A stretch of 63,015 nucleotides of DNA, filler included, from Sluysia triapertura (Eukaryota): NCBI GenBank assembly GCA_046118255.1. It is 5 parts of 5 records of this genome, joined end to end, with 100 filler letters (N's around TTAATTAATTAA, not from the genome) between each part and the next. Parts side by side here need not be neighbours in the genome. Positions count along the whole stretch, not along the records: positions 37,272 to 49,318 come from JBJNIA010144721.1; positions 49,419 to 63,015 come from JBJNIA010030276.1; 3 more parts are not named here. One strand, 5' to 3'. Made by a program: the position numbers and the translations under genes. Under the pieces are notes generated by a model. The model was given only the letters and a program-made list of their open reading frames with translations, was not told the DNA's origin and made no database searches. Below, piece by piece: positions 39,100-49,649 of the stretch. Numbering within the stretch: the first letter of the stretch is position 1; each line of letters begins with the position of its first letter.

Positions 39100-41705
39100 T
39101 AAATTTGTAAATTTAGTCATTTTTTCGTTAAAATTTCCACGTTTAAAAGGCCTTAAGCCTAGTTTAGTAATTAATAGGTTTAACATTTCATTAATGTTTT
39201 CCAAATTTCATACTTCGGATAATTTTTAAATAATTAAAAAATAAACAAAATTAATTATGATTTATTAATTTTAAAATATAAAAAGTCCTCTCCACATTAA
39301 TATTTAAACAATAATACTCATTTTTATAATAAAAATAAAACAACAACAAATTATTGTAATAAAAAATAAAAACAATATTAATAATGAAAAATTAATGAAA
39401 TTAATTTGTCATATATTTAATTACTTTAATTTTATTTTAGATTAGTTTATATTGATCGTGTAAAGAAAGTTGTTGATCTTGTGAAAGTGTAATAATGATT
39501 ATGTATTAGTGTTTGTAAATTGAATGGTTTTGGGTTTTGACTCATCACAATTTCAGAATAATTTTATAATCATTGCTGTGGTTTTGTATTTTTAAATTAA
39601 CAACGATAATTATAAAACACAATTAAATGAATCTTAATCTCATTATATTATTACCTTTGGCACAAAACTTATGACAGAGAAATCAAATAATTGTTAACTC
39701 AATATAAATTAGTCTTTTTATAACATTTATTTATAATTCACTATAAATCAATCTTAAAATACTTCAAAATACAAATTAGTTATAATACTCAATCCAAGGA
39801 GTTACACAACATATATTAAAGTAACAATAACTAACCAATAAAACTGAAGACCCAACTAACCATGAATATGTTGGTTTAAAGACGAAGAATTATAAGATTC
39901 AATCAGTGTTTGCCATTACTCTATTGAAATAGTAATAGCTATTGAAATGATTTCTCGTGTGTTCAATGATAGCAAAATGTAATTCTTAATCAAATTTGTA
40001 GAAAATTTCACATTAAAACCAACTCATTTTATTGTACAATCAGCTGCAGTCCATAAGTAACATGTGACACATTTCAACGGAATTTAATGGAAAGCCATCT
40101 ATTATAATTTTAAATACAACTATAACCAAAGTAAGCATTTATGAACGTGTCTGTTATACATATCGGAAATACATTTGATTATTTGCTTATTTTGAAAATT
40201 TTGTTAAAACTATTTTCGTTTTATTGATCTTATAAGGAACACTCAAGCAGATTGCTTAATAAGTTTAGTTTCGATTCGGCCTGAATATTTTATTTTACAT
40301 CTAATACTACTTTTACATAAGTATTATTAACAAATATGTATATATTATATTTTATTTTTGTAAGAAGATTAAAAGTTAACGTTAATATTTTGTAAATGAA
40401 ATTTATCTAATTTTGTTTTTACGTAGAATGTGACAGTTTTAATTAAGAATTGCATTTCGTAACAAGTTATTGTGGAGTTGCTATCACAATTATTTCCCGG
40501 CAATTACAATCAGTTAGTTCTGCCATTTTTGAAAATGTATGTGGTATGTCACTGTCATAGATAGTTTTAACGCATCCAGACAAATTTAAGGAATCGCTTC
40601 CTTTTTATCTAAATTTTTGAATTTCTAATTTCTTTTTAACGTCTTTAAACGTGCCGTTGATCTTACAAAATTATTTCCACGTAATTAGTTAAATGAGTTT
40701 CGTCTAGTGTATAAAGCTGTCGTTTTCTATCATAATTTTAATATCTTGTTCTTTGTAAAACTTTCTTTAAAATACTATTCCCTATTCTTCATCGTATTTT
40801 CTCCGCATTCTCCTAAAAACTTTCCCGATCTTCTCCCTAAGATTTTTTCAAGCACATCACTCTTCCAAGATCACCATGAAATATCCAATCATCCATACGT
40901 ACTGTATTTCATTAATATGTACATCTTTTTAGAACATCCGACAACTTATCTTGGACCTAATTGGCACCAATAATGAAAAATAACAAGCGAAATTTCTTAG
41001 TGATATTAAAAATTGTACTTTGGCCGAAGCAGATATCGGTAGGAAAGAAATTGCTGCATTTTCATAAAAATAGTTTTGAAAATTTAATACTGAGATTTGT
41101 CTATTTCGTGGAGAAGACGCCGTAGTTTTTGTAAAATTTTATCAATTCCAGATACTAAGTTTGTTCATAAAGTTTTCAATCTTAGACTTTAATTTTGTCA
41201 AGTCTACATTCATAGTGAGATCGAACGAAGTCCTAAGATTACTTTATATGAAACACGACAACAGATTTAGAGTTTGTATTTAGATTTTAACACAATTGTT
41301 AAAACATTACAAAATCAGCATTAGGAAGTCACTCTGCGGAAGATCTGTATGCAGTGAGCATGATTACGTCAAATGATTGTCAATATTTCTTCCTCAACCA
41401 ATAATAGTTTGACTCCAAGTTCGTTCACATAATCTTACTTATTCAAATTAGTTAGCATAGTCTACAGTGATCTATATTCCATCAGCTCTTTGATATCAAT
41501 TAATCGAAGTAAATCCAGGGTATCCTAAATAACGTTTGCAATTGATATTTTGTCCATTAAGACTTTTACAACACTACCGAAACAACAACATATTCCTTCC
41601 CGAGCTTGCTATGATGCACAACACAAAATATTGTCACTCTGTTTGGATAATATAGTGTAATGATATATAATATAATGATAATATAGGATAATGATAGTAT
41701 AAAAT

Positions 41706-42015
41706 TGTTAGACGGCGCTGATAGCTATGTAGTCAGAGCATCGAACTGTATAGGTGTGAAGCAAAAGGTCCCGGGTTCGATTCCCGGTCAGTCCATTTTA
41801 TGAAGTCTAACATTTGGGAGCCATTCTGATGTTGAGATAAATCATAATTGATTTAGATGTTGTGGTACAAGCCTAAAGTGACATAAAATAATGATAATAT
41901 AATTGACGACAATAGAATAAAATTGTTGGACGGGACTGATAGCTCAGTGCATAGATGAGAAGCGAGAGGTCCTGGGTTCGTTTCCCAGTCATTCTCCAAT
42001 TAATGAAGTCTAACA
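41706..42015 (+). mobile_element. Tandem pair of tRNA-derived repeat units (SINE or tRNA-bearing TRIM)
   Basis: A-box-like TAGCT(C)A and B-box GGTTCGATTCC with T-stem CCGGG/CCCGG; acceptor-like GGACTGA/TCAGTCC; no canonical anticodon arm. Each unit is bracketed by TGTTRGAC..GTCTAACA. Confidence 0.8.
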
Positions 42016-43073
42016 ATTCCAACACAAATCGTTTCAATCGACATTACACAAGAACTCAGTCACTTTTACCAATTCAATTCTTACACTTTCGACCATCCTG
42101 CATCACAAGATTCAAAAACATACAACCCGTACGTTTCGAAAACATCACAATTATAAAATGCGTCACTTAGTTCGCCAATTTATTACTGTTATTTTTATTG
42201 TTAAAATTCCGAAAGTCCATTGTATGATTTAATTAAATTAAGGTTAAAAACACAGGAAAACTTTCCGTATAAAAGAAAACATTTGCAATAGTTTGAATGT
42301 ACTAGAAATAAATGTTAATTAAATTTCATTTTCACATATATTAAGTATTAACTTAGAACAAATCGTAATTGATTAACGATTCTGAAAGTTGTACTTTAAT
42401 CCCGCATAATATCCTCCATAATGACCATGAAGTTGGATAGTTTTCCATAACATGTATTCCGAACATTACATTTCAAAATTCTTTTCTAATTTCCTGTCTG
42501 AAATCTTTTTTCGTATACTTAATTTTTGATTTACTATTGATGTCAATTATCATCAACTTTTCATGATGAATTTTCAATTGGTCAATCAGCGTGATGTTTC
42601 AGGATGATTTTAATGTAAGACATATTCCTAAAATAAACCCTCATTTTTATTGGGATACCTAATAAAAGTCAATGAATGGCTTGCAACGGTGTTCAATGCA
42701 TTCTTTAGAACAGGCGCCCCCATTTCAACATATTTATTTCTGGCGCTCCCAACTTAATAAAAAATCATAATGCCACTATAAAAAAACTTCATAAATAAAA
42801 TAAACAGTTCTAATTCTTCATCAAAAATAAAGAAATTTAAAAAATTTTAATTTTAATTCTTTATATCAAAAATGCAATATTATATCTGTTAAAAAATAGC
42901 AGAATATCAAATAGCATAACATCTCTAGTGCACATGCATAATTGTTTTATGAATATTTGTAAGTATATTTGCTTTGAAATTTTATTCTTGATGGTTGTTC
43001 TACATCCAGAACGCAAATTATGGAATTAGATGAATTTAGAATTTGTGTGTTTAGAAATTTCATAATTCATAAT

Positions 43074-43168
43074 GAAAATAGGACATCCTTTTCAAAAAGT
43101 AAGCCCTACTGTCATATTGTGGAGTGAAAATTAATATAAGCCCTGTCTTATTTTCTGGAAACACGGTA
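43074..43168. mobile_element. Tc2/pogo-like MITE fragment
   Basis: Right end GTCTTATTTTCTGGAAACACGG-TA with internal TAAGCCCT repeats. Confidence 0.5.
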
Positions 43169-43321
43169 TTTATATGACTTTTAATATTACATTTAATAAG
43201 TAATAATCATAATGATAATAATGATATTTATAAATATAGCAATATACTCTATAATAATAATAATGGTAATAATGATAATAATAATAAATACAATTGCAAA
43301 AATAAATAAAGGCTTGTTGAT

Positions 43322-43488
43322 TTAATATTTGCTAGCTATAAATTTAAGAAAAGAATTCAAATCTATATTTCCGGAGCTTTTTCTCGATGCCAATAAAGCA
43401 TTATCAACATCGTCTGGTTTAATACGTAATCGATAAACTTTATTAAGTGAATTGAATAGTGAAATCAATTGGTTTACTTCTAAAGTAC
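43322..43488 (-). CDS. Last coding exon of a C1orf87-like EF-hand protein
   Basis: tttag|GT acceptor; frame (G)TLEVNQLISLFNSLNKVYRLRIKPDDVDNALLASRKSSGNIDLNSFLKFIASKY*. The spliced junction yields an EF-hand-like loop DYNATGTLE; the pattern resembles the C1orf87 C-terminus as I recall it. Confidence 0.8.
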
Positions 43489-43563
43489 CTAAATTGTATT
43501 TTTATGTAAATTTTATCTACTGACAAATTTAAATAATATTTAAAAAACAAAATACAATTTAAC

Positions 43564-43741
43564 CAGTAGCATTATAATCTCTTTTGTAAAGTTGATCGGC
43601 CATTTCCATAAATCTCTCAAACCATGGTTGTTTGATTGTATCATCAGGATTCTGAATAGATTGAAGATTTCGAGTATTTTCGTTACTATATTCGGAATTA
43701 TCTATTTGATCTGATGAATAATTTGATTTGTGAATTTGTTT
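43564..43741 (-). CDS. Penultimate exon of a C1orf87-like EF-hand protein
   Basis: tttag|AAA acceptor; open frame KQIHKSNYSS..QPWFERFMEMADQLYKRDYNAT-G; donor G|GTTAAA; 75-nt intron to the next exon in matching phase 1. Confidence 0.8.
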
Positions 43742-44003
43742 CTAAATAAGTTAATAAAGCACTAAGTTCTACGTAGGTACTAAAAATGAAATATTTAACA
43801 TTATTTTACTACAAACCAGCATAGTTCTTCAAGGATTGCATCGACACTGACAGTGTAAGGATAACCCTTTGGAAAAGTTTCTCCTTGCTTGGTAAATCGC
43901 GAATTAATTCACATAAAAACGAATAACGTCAGCCAATTCGTAATCATCGATGCATCGTTCTGCATTTGAATTCTGAGTTAATTATTTGACGCAGCATTCG
44001 ATG

Positions 44004-44091
44004 TGTTGGGCTACAGGGCTAAAGTGTCATTTAGAACAATGATAGTATAATTGACTATAATAGAACAAAATTGTTAGACGGGGCTGATAGC
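44004..44091 (+). mobile_element. 3'-truncated copy of the tRNA-derived repeat
   Basis: TGTTGGGCTACAGGGCTAAAGTGTCAT..AAAATTGTTAGACGGGGCTGATAGC, collinear with 41858-41943. Confidence 0.7.
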
Positions 44092-44582
44092 GCCCTGGAC
44101 AGATTCAACAAACTGCAGACTAACGTTTAAAGAATGAACAACGAATAAGTATCAACATCAAAATGAGTCATACTATGTCGTACATCTTTTGAACATTTAA
44201 CAATGGTTTGTCTTCTTTGTTCTTTGAAATTCTTCAAATTTATTCGATTGAAAATCAAGTTTTATCTTGCAGCTTCTTTTTAAGATCTACATCATTAAAT
44301 ATTGGATGATCAAGACATATTCCATGGAATAGTCTATGTTATACGTACTACTTGCTTCGTAGCACAGCTGACAATTACCGTATACATATTTTCACTTTGA
44401 TTCTTCATGGGAAATGGTCATTGTGCAAATTCTTCAATTTTATTATTTAAATTTAATGAAAAGATATTTTAAATAATTACATTTCTTATAAAAAGACTTA
44501 AAATCAATGATAATAGTGATAATAATGATAAAAATAAGGGGCATTAGGAAAACACGAACTTTTATTATAAAAATTGGAAAAT

Positions 44583-45000
44583 ACGAATAATCCTGCCGAA
44601 TCAATGAATTCTGCCCTGAAAAGATGACAAATTTTTCTGAGAGAAGAGCCAAGCGATTTTCAACTTCTGTGGTCGATAACTGTTTAAAAATCTTGAATAG
44701 AAATATTCTAAAAGCTGCACAACTGACTGTAATAGCTTCTACTAATGCGATTTATTTGGTTTACAACAAATATCGAGTTAACTTGTCCGAAAAAATCTTG
44801 TGAATGCTTCGAATGGATCAATTCTAAGATTCCTTGCATTCATTTATATGCTGTCATTGCTCATAAAAGTTTAAATGTTATTAATTTCGTTCCTGATATT
44901 CCAATAACGTACTCCCTTTGACTACAGCTAATTTGGTAAGATCGAATAGTCAAGCTCCAATCTAAAGAAGAGGAAAAGGCAGACCGAAGATAAGAAGAAA
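44583..45000 (+). mobile_element. Mutator/MULE transposase C-terminal relic
   Basis: TNNPAESMNSALK (catalytic Glu motif), SWIM finger SCECFEWINSKIPCIHLYAV and AT-hook-like RGKGRPK, with frameshifts. Confidence 0.85.
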
Positions 45001-45456
45001 TACTGCTGCTTATGAATGACAATGAAAATTATTAAATAAATGTAGTATATAAAAATCGTGTTTTTTAATTTTTATTAATTCATTTGTCAAAGAAAAGTTA
45101 GTATTGTCTAATTTTTAAAATAAGTTCGTCTTTTCCAATTTTCCCTAAATTTATTTACACACTTAAATTAAATGTTTAGTAGATTTTATATTGATTTTAT
45201 ACACATAACAATTTAATGTACATAATTTTAAAATTGTAAAATCTGTAAACAAAATTGCTTTCGACAATTGGAATTTAAGTCCAATTACGTAAAATATTAT
45301 TCAGATTCCATTTCAAGGAATCATCGTAAAATCATTCAAATATTATTATTATTAATTTTTTGATAAAATCTTATAAAATCCTTGAGTATCGAACTTACCT
45401 CCAGACAGTTAAAGATAAAGGATTTCTTTTAGCATCATCCAACACTCTTATTCTCA

Positions 45457-45506
45457 AATCCAACGGCTGGCCCTAACCCGTAAGTCCAGTACGTTGGTGA
45501 ACTTAC
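45457..45506 (-). ncRNA. Candidate structured RNA motif in a dispersed repeat (other copies 3545-3597 +, 49990-50040 +, 59501-59551 -)
   Basis: Conserved pairings with G-U wobbles and covariation across four copies; see findings. Confidence 0.5.
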
Positions 45507-45707
45507 GTTAAATTCTTGATTTATTCTATTACTATTACTTTAAATAAATTCTCACAGTATTTTCAATTCCAAATTTAATAATTAATAATCTATAGTTAAT
45601 TTTTTATTGTATAACTAATTCTACTAAGTGTTTCTGCTGTAAGTATTATCAGTTTCATTTGTATATTAATTAATTTTCTTTTGCATTACTTGTTTGGCCA
45701 TATAATA

Positions 45708-46918
45708 CAGGGTTTTAACCCACATTTTGAATTTCTAAACCCTCATTTTGAATTTTTTAATCAAAGAATAAAAAGAGAAATTTTAATGTTACAAACACAC
45801 TAAACCATAAAATTTAAAATAATCAATATCATTACCAAATTTAATTAACCATCATTAATGGGCTCTTTAGCCATTGATATTAAAATATGAGACGTCAAGT
45901 GTCGATAAAAACCACAACAATCGCTCGGAGTTATAATATAATTTCCTTGAGCAATGTAATTAAACAGTTCTTCTTCGTTTTTCGGTTTTTTCTGTCTAAC
46001 ATAATTTTTCCATTTCAAAAAGGCAATTTTGATAAGATTCAAAAACGGATAATACGGTAGTAAGTACATAATTTTAAATCCTTTATTTTCGATTAAATTC
46101 TGAATCGCTGGAGACTTATGGAAGCAAACATTACCCACCATGATAACAGAATTATTTCACCATTCTTAAGTTAGATCAGTAACTATGTTTTCTTCAAAAC
46201 TTGACATATTAAACGATTAGTCTGTGTGCACATTTGACTATACCATTTTTAGAAATCGCGCAACACAACGATATATTTCTTGGTTTAAAAAACAACCATA
46301 GAGTGCTCACATTGAAACATTAAAACCAACTTCATCGATAAAAATTATGTTAAATTCATCAATGCATATTTAGCTCTCCCTTCAATATTCGCTGCATCAT
46401 TTCTACGTTCAGGTTCTATGGAAACTCGTTTAAAGCCAAATTCAAATTCCTTTATATATTTTGATATTGTGACAATAGAAACATTCAAGTTATATGACCT
46501 TCAATGTTTTTCCTTTAGAAATTCTAAAGTAATACAACAATCTTCTTCTGTTTCGGTTCTGATAAAATCGATATGAAATTGGCTTAGCATTTTCTGTCGT
46601 TTCTTTTCAAATCGACCTTCTTTTGAAATATATTAATTATGGAGTAAACTGTTGGTAGTTTTACGTCATACGTACGTTATGTCAAAATGCTTCAATGTTT
46701 TCGTATTTCATTACAAATATATGCTAATTTAGAGAAATCAAACTTTCTTTAATATCAATTTTTTCATTTTATAAATATATATATAAATGTTTTCATTTTA
46801 TAAAAAGTATTTCATTACAAATATATGCTGATTTAGAGAAATCAAACTTTCTTTAATATCAATTTTTTCATTTTATAAAATTTGGGTTTAGAAATTCAAA
46901 ATGTGGGTTAAAACCCTG
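45708..46918 (-). mobile_element. Tc1/IS630-like DNA transposon (DD34E spacing) with decayed transposase
   Basis: Perfect 35-bp TIRs CAGGGTTTTAACCCACATTTTGAATTTCTAAACCC (45708-45742 / 46884-46918) with TA on both sides. Minus-strand motifs IIFIDEVGFNV, xNVCFHKS and LLPYYPFLNLIK (cf. PPYSPFLNPIE); second D and the E are mutated, 34 aa apart. Confidence 0.95.
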
Positions 46919-47766
46919 TAATTCATTTATACATTTATATTCATTTGTGCGTTGGTTTATAATTGTTTGTTTTTATATTATTCATTTCTTCATTTCTATT
47001 TTAATAAAATAATAAATTTTTCCAGCACTGCTCTCTGACACGTAATCTTGTCTACTTAGTTATTTATGACGAGTTTCAATCTCTGTTATTTGATTACGTT
47101 TTTCTTTTATTTCTTTTACTTCTACTTCAATGAATTTACTGAGATATTCTTTTACATTTATTAAGAATTTTGTTTTGTTTTACTTCTTATTTTAAGATTA
47201 TTAAGTTATTTTCCAATACATTTTTATTATTATTATTATTATTTATAATCGATTATTAATGTTTCGAAATACAAATAAAGGTACCTAAAAATAAAATTCT
47301 ACTTCCACTTTAATAGAATTATTTCATACTTTTTCATAATATACATGTGTTTAATTATTGTTTAAAATATTTATTTAAAAACAATCATAATTAACTAATC
47401 ACAAAATTTCGTTTTATCTTTAGAGTATAAATTTAATATAAATAATCCAAGCAATTAAATTAGTGGCTAAACACCTAAATGACTAATAATCTATTTATAA
47501 AACCAAAAATTATACATAATTTCCAGTACAGACTTTTCATTAAAATATGTAAAAATAAATACGAAATCAAAAACTAAAATTAACCAATCACTTATTGTAT
47601 ATTAATTTGTGTATATTATATATACTACATAGTACAACGTCCAACATATGTAAGAAAGATCTTAATTAATGATAGGTGACTTTTAATAATATGCATTTAT
47701 AATTTATTATTATAAAATATATATGATTTATTCTAGTATATATTAAGGTCCTTGGTTGATTTAATA

Positions 47767-49233
47767 ATGGCCCCATCAAATTCATGTATATATTATCCTA
47801 ACGATAAAATTAATTGGCACAAAGATCTTTCTGGTGCTTATAGATTCTACATTACGCCAATATTTGCTATATTCGGTATATTAGGAAATGCATTAGTAAT
47901 AGTATTATTTTTACTAGAACAAAAGAAATCTCGGTTCTCAATTTATTGTATATCTATTTCGGCGTGTCATATTATAATTTTGGTAACAAATTCTATAATG
48001 GATGATTTCATGGGAAATGGACTTAAATATTGGCGAAATGGATCTCAGATTAAATTCGATCAATTTTCGTACTTAATGTGCATAATCATGGAATCAGTAC
48101 CAAACTGTATGTATACTGTATCATCTGGTTTATTACTAATGTTTTCTTTTGATAGAATTGTAACTATTTTTAAACCGATGAGGTTTTATTCAGTTCACTA
48201 TCGAAAGGTGGCAATTTATGTTTGTATAAGTGTTGTGATTATTAGCTGTATATTAACCATACCGTTATTAGTCTCATCGGAATTGATAATAAATAATACA
48301 ACTAAATATCGTAAATGTACTGTTAATGATAAACTCAGTCTTGGTCGCAGTTCAATTTTTATTAAAGTATTTGTTACTTTTGTAATACCAACTTTCATAA
48401 TTTTAATCGTTAATGTTATTATTTGCATTCGATTATGGCAAACTTCAGTGCAAAGAAAAAAACTCTTACCGACTGATTTAAGAAATAATAGCATTGAAAT
48501 GAATCGAATATGTGGTCATCTTGCTCTTAATACTGTGTTTCTTATGTTCACTTTACCTTTAGTTATTACAATGTTATTACGACAAATTCAACCATGCAGT
48601 ACTAGATTCAAAGATCTCTCAAAATTTTTTTCATCAACTAAAGATATTGCTTATTCATTAGACTTGATTTTATATATTGTATTTTTGAAAAATTTTCGCT
48701 GGAGATTAATTCGTTATTGTGTAATGCCAATACTTACATGTTTACCGTGTTTCCGACAATCACATTTCGTACTTAATATTCAAATTCGATTAATGAAGTA
48801 CGATAGTAATTTTAGTCGTCGAAAACAGAGTGCCCTTATTAGTGGATTATCACACTGCCACAATCCGACAGTATTAAATGCACTAATGTTTCGAAATTGT
48901 TCCAGTTTGCAAAATTGTGTCGATCAGAAGTTGTGTAATACTGTAGTATCATTTAGGAGTAGTACACATAATATTGATTCCAGTCTTGCTTACCCTACAT
49001 TACATCAAAGTCGATCACCATCTTTGAAATTTAAATTAATTTCACCAGCATCATTATCTGTCACTCATACACCAACAATTAGTTCTAAAAGAATAGGTTT
49101 CCATGAAGATGAAATTGATGCTGGTGAAGACCAAGAAGATAATAATCTTTTATTGGATAATAATAATGTTATTAATCATAAACTTGATAATCACAAAAAG
49201 ATAATAAATGATAAAATTGTCAGTAAACTATGA
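47767..49233 (+). CDS. Intronless class A (rhodopsin-like) orphan peptide-type GPCR, probably of a flatworm-expanded family
   Basis: ORF-track ORF 47752-49233; first ATG at 47767. Seven hydrophobic segments: TM1 GILGN, TM3 Cys plus FSFDRIVTIFKP, ECL2 Cys (RKCTV), TM5 FVIP, TM6 FTLP, TM7 SLDLILY, helix 8 NFR, then a long Ser-rich C-tail. Confidence 0.95.
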   Translation: MAPSNSCIYYPNDKINWHKDLSGAYRFYITPIFAIFGILGNALVIVLFLLEQKKSRFSIYCISISACHIIILVTNSIMDDFMGNGLKYWRNGSQIKFDQFSYLMCIIMESVPNCMYTVSSGLLLMFSFDRIVTIFKPMRFYSVHYRKVAIYVCISVVIISCILTIPLLVSSELIINNTTKYRKCTVNDKLSLGRSSIFIKVFVTFVIPTFIILIVNVIICIRLWQTSVQRKKLLPTDLRNNSIEMNRICGHLALNTVFLMFTLPLVITMLLRQIQPCSTRFKDLSKFFSSTKDIAYSLDLILYIVFLKNFRWRLIRYCVMPILTCLPCFRQSHFVLNIQIRLMKYDSNFSRRKQSALISGLSHCHNPTVLNALMFRNCSSLQNCVDQKLCNTVVSFRSSTHNIDSSLAYPTLHQSRSPSLKFKLISPASLSVTHTPTISSKRIGFHEDEIDAGEDQEDNNLLLDNNNVINHKLDNHKKIINDKIVSKL

Positions 49234-49247
49234 ATAGTAAGCATAAA

Positions 49248-49318
<71 letters not shown>

Positions 49319-49607
49319 NNNNNNNNNNNNNNNNNNNNNNNNNNNNNNNNNNNNNNNNNNNNTTAATTAATTAANNNNNNNNNNNNNNNNNNNNNNNNNN
49401 NNNNNNNNNNNNNNNNNNTATAATGTTAGCATTAGAAAAGTAAAGTTCAAATATTAAATATTTGTTTTATTTTATATTTTTAAAATTCAACAAAAAATGT
49501 TTAAAATATTAACCAATCAAAGTCCAACAATTCAAAATGATATCCAATTTCCTGATAAATTTAAATTGTATAAACATTGATTTTTATTAGAAAATTCTTA
49601 TTATTAC

Positions 49608-49649
<42 letters not shown>

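Noticed and set aside
39843-39880. Hammerhead-like CTGAAGA plus stem; also CTGATGA..GAAA at about 19460-19492(-)
   Set aside because: The first lacks GAAA after stem II; the second lacks a proper stem II and flanking stems.
40430-41620. GC-elevated decayed coding-like region (similar ones at about 9650-10550, 17750-18100, 21880-22750, 31900-32550)
   Set aside because: Probably old transposon ORF debris, but no diagnostic motif was recognisable, so no call was made.
41715-41795. Functional tRNA gene
   Set aside because: No proper anticodon arm, mismatched acceptor stem, and it occurs as divergent copies inside a repeat.
43812-43972. Possible further exon of the C1orf87-like gene
   Set aside because: No frame stays open across it; the fragments look more like a decayed transposon protein (possibly Crypton-like) and cannot be assigned.
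45471-45479. CCCTAACCC as a telomerase RNA template, or GGTTAGGGCCA as a pistol ribozyme
   Set aside because: The template-like sequence is not conserved in the other three copies, and the pistol downstream CCCTAA partner and AAATA linker are absent.
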